Below, one piece after another: positions 40,651 to 51,600 of a DNA stretch of 64,000 nucleotides (within the stretch, counting starts at the first letter, position 1; each line of letters starts with the position of its first letter). The notes under the pieces are model-generated. The model was not told the origin of the DNA and made no database searches. It saw nothing but the letters and a program-made list of their open reading frames with translations. The stretch is from Corynebacterium sp. (GTDB lineage: Bacteria > Actinomycetota > Actinomycetes > Mycobacteriales > Mycobacteriaceae), in assembly GCA_030530985.1 (NCBI GenBank), contig JAUMTX010000003.1, forward strand, positions 18,005 through 82,004, in the 5' to 3' direction. The position numbers and the translations under genes were made by a program.

Positions 40651-41205
40651 ATGAAGAAGATTTTGATTGTTCTCGGCTCCCAGCGTGAGAAGTCCTTTAA
40701 TGGTGTCCTTGCTAATGCTATTGCCTCCTCCCTTGAGGGCAAGGCTGAGGTTTCCTTCCTCGACTTCGCAGATGTTCCATTCGTAAATCAGGACATTGAA
40801 GTTCCTGCACCAGCCCCAGTGGCACGCATCCGTAACGAAGTTACTGCTGCTGATGGTGTGTGGGTTGTTAGCCCTGAGTACAACCACTCCTACCCAGGTC
40901 TGGTTAAGAATGTTATTGACTGGTTGAGCCGTCCACTGGACCTGACCGATCCAAACCGCGTTTCTGTACTTACCGGTAAGAAGACCACCGCCTCCTCCAT
41001 TGCTGGTGCTGATGCCGGCGCTACCGTACTAGAAAAGCTCAACGAGCTTCTTTCCTTCATTGGTGCCGACCACCTCGCCGAGGACCAGGCTGGCCTTATG
41101 ATTCCAGGCGCTTCGTGGGCAACCAACGAGCTTGAGCTCGATGCAGAGCAGCAGGCTGCAGTAGAGAAGCAGGTTGCTCGCTTCCTCGAGTTTCTTGAGA
41201 ATTAA
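40651..41205 (+). CDS. NAD(P)H-dependent FMN reductase (flavodoxin-like fold)
   Basis: MKKILIVLGSQREKSFN...VSPEYNHSYPGLVKN matches the FMN_red family. The ATG start is at 40651; the track ORF begins at a TTG inside the palindrome. Confidence 0.8.
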   Translation: MKKILIVLGSQREKSFNGVLANAIASSLEGKAEVSFLDFADVPFVNQDIEVPAPAPVARIRNEVTAADGVWVVSPEYNHSYPGLVKNVIDWLSRPLDLTDPNRVSVLTGKKTTASSIAGADAGATVLEKLNELLSFIGADHLAEDQAGLMIPGASWATNELELDAEQQAAVEKQVARFLEFLEN

Positions 41206-41262
41206 TCATTCGCGGCAGGCCGGATAAGAGATCAGAGAGCCAATTTGATAAGGTAAGACATT

Positions 41263-43086
41263 ATGACTAAGCAGATTCTTACCGCCGTTGCGTGGCCATA
41301 TGCCAATGGTCCACGCCATATTGGCCACGTTGCAGGTTTTGGTGTCCCCTCTGATGTCTTTTCCCGCTACCAGCGAATGTGCGGTAATGACGTGCTCATG
41401 GTCTCCGGTACCGATGAGCACGGCACTCCGCTTTTGGTCCAGGCTGATAAGGAAGGCCTGAGTGTTCAGGAACTCGCTGACCGCTATAACCGCCAGATTG
41501 TTGAGGACCTTGCGGGCCTCGGTCTGAGCTATGACCTCTTTACCCGTACTACCACCCGCAACCACTACGCCGTTGTTCAGGAGCTCTTCACGGGTCTCTA
41601 TGAAAATGGCTACATGATTAAGCAGACCACATTCGGCGCCATCTCTCCATCTACCGGTCGTACCCTCCCTGACCGCTATATCGAAGGTGAGTGCCCCATT
41701 TGTCATGCCGCAGGTGCCCGCGGCGACCAGTGTGATAACTGTGGTAACCAGCTTGATCCTTCTGATCTTATTAACCCTGTTTCCAAGATCAATGGTGAGA
41801 CCCCTGAGTTCGTCGAGACCGAACACTTCCTCCTCGACCTGCCATCTCTGGCTGATGCCCTTGCCGAGTGGCTCAAGGGTCGTGAGGATTGGCGTCCGAA
41901 CGTACTCAAGTTCTCCCTGAATCTGCTTGAGGACATTCGTCCACGTGCCATGACCCGCGATATTGACTGGGGTGTTCCAATCCCAATCGAGGGCTGGCAG
42001 GATAATAATGCCAAGAAGCTCTATGTATGGTTCGACGCTGTCGTCGGCTACCTCTCTGCCTCCATTGAATGGGCATACCGTGTTGGTGAGCCTGAGGCGT
42101 GGAAGCGCTTCTGGCAGGACCCAGAGACCCTGTCCTACTACTTCATGGGCAAGGACAACATCACTTTCCACTCCCAGATTTGGCCAGCTGAGCTGCTCGG
42201 TTACCAGGGCACTGGCGCCAAGGGTGGCTCTGAGCACGAGCTGGGTGCACTCCAGCTCCCAACTGAGGTTGTGTCCTCCGAGTACCTGACCATGTCCGGC
42301 TCCAAGTTCAGCTCCTCCAAGGGTGTCGTCATTTATGTGAAGGACTTCCTGAAGGAATTCGGCCCAGACCCACTGCGCTACTTCATTGCTGTAGCTGGCC
42401 CAGAAAATAATGACACCGACTTTACCTGGGACGAGTTCGTCCGCCGTGTCAACAACGAGCTGGCCAACGGCTGGGGCAACCTGGTCAACCGTACCGTCTC
42501 CATGGCATTCAAGAACTTTGGTGAGGTCCCAACCCCAGCAGAGCTCACTGAATCCGATAAGAAGATTCTCGACCTGGCAGCCAATGCCTATGAGGTCGTT
42601 GGTGAGGCCCTGGCTAATAACCGCTTCAAGGCAGGCATTACCCACGCCATGCACGTGGTGGGCGAGGCCAATGCCTATATCGCTGAAAATGAGCCATGGA
42701 AGATTGAGAAGGATGACCCACGTCTCGGTACCGTTCTGTGGGTAGCCCTGCAGGTCGTCTCCGACTGCAATACTCTGCTCACTCCATACCTGCCACATAC
42801 TGCACAGCGAGTTCACGAAACCCTCGGCCGCGATGGCATCTGGGCAGCAATGCCTGAAATCCACGAGGTCAAGGACGATATGCCAGTGAACCCAGTGGGT
42901 GTAGGTCTGCCAGCTGAAGGCCGTAGCTACCCAGTTATCATGGGTGACTACACCACGCAGCAGGCAAAGTGGCAGCGCACCGAAATGGTGCCTGGTACTG
43001 CACTGGCCAAGCCAAAGCCAATTATTGCCAAGCTGGATCCAAAGCTCGGTGAGACCGGCCCAGAATGGGCTCCAGTCCAGAGCTAA
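41263..43086 (+). CDS. metG: Methionine--tRNA ligase
   Basis: The HIGH motif ([12 protein letters not shown]) and KMSKS (KFSSSKG) are present. The zinc knuckle is CPICHA...CDNCG. Confidence 0.95.
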   Translation: MTKQILTAVAWPYANGPRHIGHVAGFGVPSDVFSRYQRMCGNDVLMVSGTDEHGTPLLVQADKEGLSVQELADRYNRQIVEDLAGLGLSYDLFTRTTTRNHYAVVQELFTGLYENGYMIKQTTFGAISPSTGRTLPDRYIEGECPICHAAGARGDQCDNCGNQLDPSDLINPVSKINGETPEFVETEHFLLDLPSLADALAEWLKGREDWRPNVLKFSLNLLEDIRPRAMTRDIDWGVPIPIEGWQDNNAKKLYVWFDAVVGYLSASIEWAYRVGEPEAWKRFWQDPETLSYYFMGKDNITFHSQIWPAELLGYQGTGAKGGSEHELGALQLPTEVVSSEYLTMSGSKFSSSKGVVIYVKDFLKEFGPDPLRYFIAVAGPENNDTDFTWDEFVRRVNNELANGWGNLVNRTVSMAFKNFGEVPTPAELTESDKKILDLAANAYEVVGEALANNRFKAGITHAMHVVGEANAYIAENEPWKIEKDDPRLGTVLWVALQVVSDCNTLLTPYLPHTAQRVHETLGRDGIWAAMPEIHEVKDDMPVNPVGVGLPAEGRSYPVIMGDYTTQQAKWQRTEMVPGTALAKPKPIIAKLDPKLGETGPEWAPVQS

Positions 43087-43116
43087 ACCACTATTTAACT
43101 AACTAGGAACTTCGCC

Positions 43117-43902
43117 TTGTTTATTGATGCCCATACCCACCTGAGCTCTATTATTCGCAAGGGTGAGCCGACCACTGTTGAAGAACTCATGGAACGAGCA
43201 GCAGCGGTCGGTGTAGGCTCTGTCATCACCGTGAGCGATGACATGGCTGAATCCGAGGAAGCCGTAAAGCACGCACAGCAAAATGAGAATGTGTACTGCT
43301 CCCTGGCCTTCCATCCCACCAATGCACATGAACTCGACGAAGAATGCCGCGCACGCATGCAGGAACTCGTCCGTGATCCTAAATGCGTAGCCATCGGCGA
43401 AACAGGTCTCGACGAATACTGGATTGGCAAGATGGAAAGCTGCCCAGAGCTGCCAGTGCAGGAAGAAGCCTTCCGCTGGCATATTGCTCTGGCCAGGGAC
43501 GTCGACAAGCCAGTGATGATTCACAGCCGTGACGCAGATGAAAATCTGCTTCGCGTATTGCGCGATGAAGAGCTGCCCCGCGAGGTCATGCTTCACTGCT
43601 TCTCCTCACCAATGGAAACAGCGCGTGAAGCCTTGGACCTCGGGTGCGTGCTCTCCTTCTGTGGCAACACCACATTCAAGCGCAATGATTACCTGCGTGA
43701 AGTCGCTGCTTATGCGCCTCTAGACCGAATCCTCATTGAGACGGATGCACCGTTTATGAGTCCGGAGCCAAAGCGAGGCCGCCGCAACGAGCCAAGCCAT
43801 ATCGTCCATACATATCAGTGTGTGGCAGACGCGCGCGGAATGAGCCTTGAGGCTTTGGAAGAGGCAGTGGAGCAGAACTTCCACCGCATTTTTAGGGTTT
43901 AA
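43117..43902 (+). CDS. tatD: TatD-family metal-dependent DNase/hydrolase
   Basis: FIDAHTHL is the metal-binding motif. It lies downstream of metG, as is conserved. There is a TTG start with an AGGAAC RBS. Confidence 0.85.
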   Translation: MFIDAHTHLSSIIRKGEPTTVEELMERAAAVGVGSVITVSDDMAESEEAVKHAQQNENVYCSLAFHPTNAHELDEECRARMQELVRDPKCVAIGETGLDEYWIGKMESCPELPVQEEAFRWHIALARDVDKPVMIHSRDADENLLRVLRDEELPREVMLHCFSSPMETAREALDLGCVLSFCGNTTFKRNDYLREVAAYAPLDRILIETDAPFMSPEPKRGRRNEPSHIVHTYQCVADARGMSLEALEEAVEQNFHRIFRV

Positions 43903-43917
43903 CCCGTGTGATGTGAA

Positions 43918-44643
43918 CTAGGTACTCGTAGAGTCACCCTCCTTCACATTCATCTTGACCAGGCGTCTAATATCGCCATCTTCCATTGCATTCTCGAAGA
44001 CAAAATTGACTGCGAGGCCGATGATGTCTCCGCGCAATTTGGCCAGGCGCTCCTGACCTTCCTTGGTCAGATCCCCGAAGATAACTTCCATCGTCGCGCA
44101 GAGAGTCTCATAACGACTCTTGGCGATGGTGACAGGGAAGGTGACAGTTTCGCCGTTCTCAACTGGCTCAAAGTGGCCGGTGCTGGAAGGGCGAACCTTG
44201 CTTTCTCGCAGTTCAACCTGCTTATAGAAAGTTTCAAGAAACTCAGCACAGATGGCGGCGACCTCAGGTTGGGTAGTCGCACCAGTGCGCTCGACCTGAG
44301 CAACAACACGGCGCACATAACGCACGCGGTCCTGCATCTGAACAAACTTCACGCTCTTCTTGAAAATAAACGCGAGCTGCTCATTGCTGATCACATTATT
44401 TTCCAGAGCCTTGCGGATCTTGGTTTCTCGACTCAGACGATCAAGCACGTCAAGCTTGTTTAGACGCGCAGCAGACCAGCCATAATTTTTGCTGAGCTCC
44501 TTGCGCTCATCCTTGTCGATCTTTGAGATTTCACTTGCGATGGCGCGCTCGAATTCATCGAGTGAAGCCATAGCAAGCTCCATATCTAAAGTGCCGTCCT
44601 CTCGGCGGCACTGATTGACGACGTTGAGGTTAGACATCGGCAA
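43918..44643 (-). CDS. Hypothetical protein (241 aa), highly charged, no recognisable domain
   Basis: The ORF has consistent codon usage and lies upstream of the long rpfB leader region. Confidence 0.5.
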   Translation of the reverse strand: MPMSNLNVVNQCRREDGTLDMELAMASLDEFERAIASEISKIDKDERKELSKNYGWSAARLNKLDVLDRLSRETKIRKALENNVISNEQLAFIFKKSVKFVQMQDRVRYVRRVVAQVERTGATTQPEVAAICAEFLETFYKQVELRESKVRPSSTGHFEPVENGETVTFPVTIAKSRYETLCATMEVIFGDLTKEGQERLAKLRGDIIGLAVNFVFENAMEDGDIRRLVKMNVKEGDSTST

Positions 44644-46362
<1,719 letters not shown>

Positions 46363-46375
46363 TCGACCAATTAGC

Positions 46376-46417
46376 TCAAAAAATACCGATACACTCTATG
46401 GTGTATCGGTATTTTTG
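46376..46417 (+). terminator. Rho-independent terminator after rpfB (ATACCGATACAC-tctatg-GTGTATCGGTAT + TTTTG)
   Basis: A perfect 12-bp stem. Confidence 0.85.
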
Positions 46418-46431
46418 TCTATTATTGGTTT

Positions 46432-47379
46432 ATGACGAAAAAGATGATCCTAGACCTGGACACGGGCATCGATGATGCTCTCGCCATTGCTTATGCAGTG
46501 GGCAGCCCAGAAGTTGAACTAATTGCTATTACCGGTACCTACGGCAATGTCTTGGTGGAGCAGGGTGTGCGTAACTCCCTCGCCATCACTGAACTGCTCA
46601 ATCGCCCTGATGTGAAGGTCTATGAGGGCCTATCACATGCACTGGCCAAGGACTCCTTTGAAGTCCAGCCAATCTCCGCCTTCATTCACGGCGAGAACGG
46701 CATTGGCGAATGCGAAATCCCAGACGCAACCCGCGAGGCAGAATCCACCGCCGCTGTTGACTTCCTGATTGAAGCCATCAATACCTACGGTGAGGACTTG
46801 GTTTATGTGCCAACCGGCCCAATGACCAATATCGCTGCAGCACTGAAGAAGGACCCATCTATTGCCAAGAAGATTGGCAATATTGTCCTCATGGGTGGCG
46901 CAGTTACCGTCCACGGCAATGTAAGCCCATGGTCCGAAGCTAATATCTCCCAGGACCCAGAGGCAGCTGACTACCTGCTTCGCTCCGGTGCACCAATCAC
47001 CGTCATCGGTCTGGATGTCACCCTGCAGACTCTGCTGACTAAGAAGGAAACCGCGCAGTGGCGTGAACTTGGTACCCCTGCAGGTGAATTCTTCGCCGAT
47101 ATGACCGACTACTACATCAAGGCATATGAGACCACCGCACCACACCTTGGCGGCTGTGGCTTGCACGACCCACTGGCAGTAGCAGTGGCTGTGGACCCAA
47201 GCTTGGTGACCACCCACCGTATGAATCTCTCTGTTGACCTCGAAGGTGCTACTCGTGGCCGTACAATCGGTGACCACCCTCGCCTCAACGATTCCGAGAA
47301 AAATGTGTTAGTAGCTGTCGATGTTGATGTGTTACGCTTTTTGCGTGAGTTCATGACTCGCATTTCACGCATTCTCTAA
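46432..47379 (+). CDS. iunH: Inosine-uridine-preferring nucleoside hydrolase
   Basis: The N-terminal DxDxGxDD motif is DLDTGIDDALAI, and the IU_nuc_hydro fold features are present. Confidence 0.8.
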   Translation: MTKKMILDLDTGIDDALAIAYAVGSPEVELIAITGTYGNVLVEQGVRNSLAITELLNRPDVKVYEGLSHALAKDSFEVQPISAFIHGENGIGECEIPDATREAESTAAVDFLIEAINTYGEDLVYVPTGPMTNIAAALKKDPSIAKKIGNIVLMGGAVTVHGNVSPWSEANISQDPEAADYLLRSGAPITVIGLDVTLQTLLTKKETAQWRELGTPAGEFFADMTDYYIKAYETTAPHLGGCGLHDPLAVAVAVDPSLVTTHRMNLSVDLEGATRGRTIGDHPRLNDSEKNVLVAVDVDVLRFLREFMTRISRIL

Positions 47380-47414
47380 TACACATCGTCATATTGGAAT
47401 AAACAAGGGCATCT

Positions 47415-48797
47415 ATGACTCAAACTATGGACAACGCGAAGGTGGTACGAGCGCTGCTTATGCTGCTCGTCATCTTCATCTTGGGAACCCTGTGTCTCCA
47501 GGGTTTCAACTTGGTATTTGAACAGGTTGGTGCCGATGTTGGTGCACCACACCAGGCTTCACTCATCACTGCATTCCCTAGTATTGTGCTGGGTATTGTG
47601 TGCTTTATTTATGGCTCACTCGGTGACTTCGTATCTCTTAAGCGCCTCGTCGTTATTGGCTTGATTACCCTCTTCGTGGGTTCGGTCGGTGGCTTCGTGG
47701 CGACTTTTTATATGGAGCCTAATCTGTGGGTTGTTATCGTAACCCGTATCCTGCAGACCGCAGGTGAGCAGGTTGCTGGTTCTGTCTACCTCGTTATTGC
47801 AACGAAGTACCTCAAGCCAGAACTCAAGGTCATCTTCTTCGGTCTCTTCACCGCGGGCTACCAGCTTTCCGCCTCCATCGGCGTGTTCGCTGCAGGTATG
47901 CTCAGCTCCATCCACTGGCAGTATCTCTTCCTTATTCCTGCCATCACCATCGTCTTCCTCCCATCCCTGCTCAAGGGTCTCCCAGACCGTCAGGCAGCGA
48001 GCGAGAAGGTCGACTGGTTGGGTATCAGCCTCTTCGGCTTGGCAATTGCCTTCCTGACTCTCTTCTTCTCCTACATGAAGTGGTCCCTGCTTGGCATTTC
48101 CATCCTGCTGTTCATCGTCTTCGCGGTATACATCAGCAAGGCTGCACACCCATTCATCACCCCAGCATTCTTTGCTAACTCCCGTTGGATCATGGGCATC
48201 AGCCTCATCATCCTGTTCTACTTCACCAACTACTGCATGTCCCCAATCTTCAACGCGGTTGGCGGCAGCGTATATGGCATGACCACCTCCCAGGTTTCCA
48301 CTCACATTGTGTGGGCCTTCGTGATTGCTGCCATCTTCGGTACTAGCTCCGGTTGGATTGTTGACAAGATTGGTCGCAAGGCCGCCATCATCTGCGCTTC
48401 TTCGCTCATGATCATTGGCTTCCTCGGTGCCGCTTTCACCATCAACTCTGGCTTCGTCGTGATGACCGTCTTCGGCTGCATCTTCTATGCAGGCTGCGGC
48501 ACCATGTACTCCCCAGTAGTCTCCACCGTTCTGGACACCCTTCCTCAGGAAGAGTCCGGCCGTGGTGTTGGTATGAACGACCTCTTCATGAACGTCACCG
48601 CATCCATCGGTATTGCACTGTTCGGTACCTGGATGGGCAAGGGCACCTTCGCCGGCAGCTCCCTCGTGGGCGTTACCGGTGACGCTGCTAACTACGCTAA
48701 CCTCCTCACCATCGGTGCGGGCGTTGTCGTTGTTGGTCTCGTGGTCTTCCTCGTATGTAACCGCAAGATCTACAACGGTGTTGCTGAGACTGTCTAA
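47415..48797 (+). CDS. MFS transporter (possibly nucleoside-related, by context)
   Basis: It has 12-14 TM helices and MFS loop motifs, and appears co-transcribed with iunH. Confidence 0.75.
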   Translation: MTQTMDNAKVVRALLMLLVIFILGTLCLQGFNLVFEQVGADVGAPHQASLITAFPSIVLGIVCFIYGSLGDFVSLKRLVVIGLITLFVGSVGGFVATFYMEPNLWVVIVTRILQTAGEQVAGSVYLVIATKYLKPELKVIFFGLFTAGYQLSASIGVFAAGMLSSIHWQYLFLIPAITIVFLPSLLKGLPDRQAASEKVDWLGISLFGLAIAFLTLFFSYMKWSLLGISILLFIVFAVYISKAAHPFITPAFFANSRWIMGISLIILFYFTNYCMSPIFNAVGGSVYGMTTSQVSTHIVWAFVIAAIFGTSSGWIVDKIGRKAAIICASSLMIIGFLGAAFTINSGFVVMTVFGCIFYAGCGTMYSPVVSTVLDTLPQEESGRGVGMNDLFMNVTASIGIALFGTWMGKGTFAGSSLVGVTGDAANYANLLTIGAGVVVVGLVVFLVCNRKIYNGVAETV

Positions 48798-48819
48798 AAT
48801 TTCAGTCTTGAACTTTCTA

Positions 48820-48849
48820 GTAACCGCGCTTCGGCGCGGTTACTTTTTT
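48820..48849 (+). terminator. Rho-independent terminator (GTAACCGCGC-ttcg-GCGCGGTTAC + T6)
   Basis: A perfect 10-bp stem with a TTCG tetraloop. Confidence 0.9.
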
Positions 48850-48879
48850 ATCTACACCAAGCACACACTAGACTAGAAC

Positions 48880-49749
48880 ATGATGAGTGGCATTGATAAA
48901 GCACAGTTGCTTGGACCAGTAGAAATTAGGCAGTTAGCGGAAGAGCTCGACCTCCGCCCAACAAAGAAGCTAGGGCAGAACTTTGTTCATGACCCTAATA
49001 CTGTGCGCCGCATTGTGGCAGAGGCGCATATTGATTCTTCTGTGCCCGTAATCGAGGTGGGGCCAGGCCTTGGCTCCCTCACCCTTCCACTTTTGGATAC
49101 CGCCAAGAGCGTGACCGCAGTCGAGATTGACCCACGCCTTGCTACTAAGCTGCCTGAAACAGTGGCTAATCGTGCCCCTGCCTTTGCTGATAATCTTCGT
49201 GTAATCAACAAGGATGCCCTCCTTGTAAATAAGCAAGACATTCCAACCGAGCCACGTGCCCTGGTTGCCAACCTCCCATATAATGTCTCCGTTCCCGTGC
49301 TTTTGCACCTCCTGGAGGAATTCCCAAGCATCGAGCGAGTCCTCGTGATGGTGCAGCTCGAGGTGGCGGAACGTCTCGCAGCCAAGCCAGGCTCCAAGAT
49401 TTTCGGTGTACCAAGCCTCAAGGCCTCCTACTATGGCGAAGTCTCCCTGGCCGGCAAGATTGGCAAGAATGTATTTTGGCCAGCACCAAAGATCGAGTCC
49501 GGTTTGGTGGCCATTGACCGCTACAAGGAAAGCCCATGGACTGCACCACGTGAGCGCATCTTTGAGCTTATCGACGCTGCCTTTGCTCAGCGCCGTAAAA
49601 CCCTCCGCGCATCCCTCTCTGGCGTATGCGGTGGGGCAGAGCAGGCCGAATATATTCTCAACCAGGCTGGTATTCCAATCACCGAACGTGGTGAGAAGCT
49701 CAGTATTGAGGACTTCCATAAACTAGCCATGGTTGAGGTGGAATCTTAA
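48880..49749 (+). CDS. rsmA: 16S rRNA (adenine1518/1519-N6)-dimethyltransferase
   Basis: The KsgA features are present: [12 protein letters not shown] and [12 protein letters not shown], the SAM motif. Confidence 0.9.
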   Translation: MMSGIDKAQLLGPVEIRQLAEELDLRPTKKLGQNFVHDPNTVRRIVAEAHIDSSVPVIEVGPGLGSLTLPLLDTAKSVTAVEIDPRLATKLPETVANRAPAFADNLRVINKDALLVNKQDIPTEPRALVANLPYNVSVPVLLHLLEEFPSIERVLVMVQLEVAERLAAKPGSKIFGVPSLKASYYGEVSLAGKIGKNVFWPAPKIESGLVAIDRYKESPWTAPRERIFELIDAAFAQRRKTLRASLSGVCGGAEQAEYILNQAGIPITERGEKLSIEDFHKLAMVEVES

Positions 49750-50669
49750 TGACCACCCGTACCTACACTGCCTTTGGCAAAATAAACCTCGTATTGGGCG
49801 TTGGTCCTGCCCGCGAGGATGGCTTCCACAAGATTGAAACCATCTACCAGAGCATTAGCCTGCATGACACCATTAGCTTTAGCCCCAATGAAGGCCAAGC
49901 CCATGTGCTGACAGTCAGCGGCCTTGATGCTGCTAATGTTCCAACAGATTCCTCGAATCTCCTCATCCGCGCACTCGAGCGCATTAACCCAGAACCAGAG
50001 TTCTACCTCGATATCCACATCGAGAAGGGCATCCCAACAGCTGGTGGCATGGCTGGTGGCTCTGCAGACTGTGCAGCTGGACTCAAAGCCGCCAATGACA
50101 TCTACGGTCTTAATAAGACCGAAGAAGAACTATGCGCAATTGCCGCCGAGCTGGGTAGTGACATCCCATTCTGCGTAGTCGGTGGCACCCAATACGGCAC
50201 CGGTCGCGGTGAAATCCTCGAAGCACAGCCCTGCCCAAATACATACCACTGGGTTGTCGCAGTCTCCGACACAGGACTGTCTACCCCGGAAGTATTCCGC
50301 AAGTTTGATGAGATGAATATCTCCCATGAAGCATTCATGCACATGACCATGGGCAATGTGTATCGTGAGACGCTCGACAGAGCCTTCCACGCACCAACCT
50401 ACGAAGGCAGCGTACTCCAACTTGCCCAGCTCATGGCCAATGACCTTGAGCGACCAGCCTTGGCCCTCAGGCCAGAGCTCTCTGAAGTACTAGAATTCGG
50501 TAAAAACAATGGTGCTATGCGTGCCATGATTTCCGGTTCCGGCCCAACCTGCATCTTCCTTGTATCCAATGAAGACGCAGCAGCTAATCTAGTAGAAAGC
50601 TTCAAAAACAAGGGCATAACTGCATTTGCCGCACACACAGAGAAGGATGGTGTACGAAGTGGTAGCTAA
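49749..50669 (+). CDS. ispE: 4-diphosphocytidyl-2-C-methyl-D-erythritol kinase
   Basis: GHMP-kinase motifs are present: KINLVLGVG and PTAGGMAGGSADCAA. The start overlaps the rsmA stop (TAATG). Confidence 0.9.
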   Translation: MTTRTYTAFGKINLVLGVGPAREDGFHKIETIYQSISLHDTISFSPNEGQAHVLTVSGLDAANVPTDSSNLLIRALERINPEPEFYLDIHIEKGIPTAGGMAGGSADCAAGLKAANDIYGLNKTEEELCAIAAELGSDIPFCVVGGTQYGTGRGEILEAQPCPNTYHWVVAVSDTGLSTPEVFRKFDEMNISHEAFMHMTMGNVYRETLDRAFHAPTYEGSVLQLAQLMANDLERPALALRPELSEVLEFGKNNGAMRAMISGSGPTCIFLVSNEDAAANLVESFKNKGITAFAAHTEKDGVRSGS

Positions 50670-51591
50670 GAAAGCCTATTTTGCAGGTGGCTGCTTTTGG
50701 GGCGTCGAAAAGTTCTTTAAGGGACTAACCGGCGTAATCGACACGGAGGTCGGCTACGCCCAAAGCCGCAAGGCAAACCCAACCTATAAGGATATTTGTG
50801 CAGGTAAAGTCAAGGCCATTGAGACCTTATGCATTACCTACGATGAGGATGCGACGACCCTCTACAAGCTTGCCCTCATGCTCGTAGACACCATCGACCC
50901 ATATTCCTATAACAAGCAGGGCCCAGACGAGGGCTACCAGTACCGAAGCGGCATGTTCTGGACCGATGCAGAACAGAAGGCCGTCTACGACAAGGTCTAT
51001 AAGCGCCTCACAGCGGTATATAACGAAGAACCACTCATCGAAGTATCTGAGCTCAAAAACTTCTACACCGCAGAGGAATATCACCAAGACTACTTGGATG
51101 AAAACCCAGATGCGCACTGCCACATCTTCCGCTATAAATTCGAGGAAGCCACACAGCGTGAGCGACACATCGAAGCAATCTACAACCTCAACCACCGCCA
51201 ATTCATCTGCATCCAGCCAGAAGCAACCAGCTTCCACGCCGGCAAAGAATACCTAGGCGACTACCGTCCAGGCGTCTTTGTCGATATCATCACCGGCAAA
51301 GCCCTCTTCGGCACCAAGCACAGGATGGAAGACGAACTAGGCAACCTCGTATTTAAGCGCCCAATCAACCCAGACGAGATGACACTCGCAGCAGGGTACA
51401 AGGGGCCAAAGAAGAACGCCTACCTCGTATTCATCCCCGAATCTACAATCTATATTGGCGTAGCCCAGCTCAATGACGATAATTCCGTCAATAGCTTCCA
51501 CGTACGTGGCAATAGCGTGCGCTTCGTACCACACGAAGAAATGATCGAACAAGGCTATGGCCGCTACCTCGACCAAGTAAAGGCAGACTAG
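50647..51591 (+). CDS. msrA: Peptide-methionine (S)-S-oxide reductase MsrA fused to a divergent MsrB/Mss4-like C-terminal domain
   Basis: The MsrA active site AGGCFWGVE is present. The C-terminal half aligns loosely to MsrB (GVFVDIITGKALF..., RFVPHEEM..GYGRY) but lacks CGWPSF, HLGHVF and the zinc cysteines. The ATG start lies inside the ispE 3' end. Confidence 0.7.
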   Translation: MVYEVVAKKAYFAGGCFWGVEKFFKGLTGVIDTEVGYAQSRKANPTYKDICAGKVKAIETLCITYDEDATTLYKLALMLVDTIDPYSYNKQGPDEGYQYRSGMFWTDAEQKAVYDKVYKRLTAVYNEEPLIEVSELKNFYTAEEYHQDYLDENPDAHCHIFRYKFEEATQRERHIEAIYNLNHRQFICIQPEATSFHAGKEYLGDYRPGVFVDIITGKALFGTKHRMEDELGNLVFKRPINPDEMTLAAGYKGPKKNAYLVFIPESTIYIGVAQLNDDNSVNSFHVRGNSVRFVPHEEMIEQGYGRYLDQVKAD

Positions 51592-51600
51592 AAAACACTA

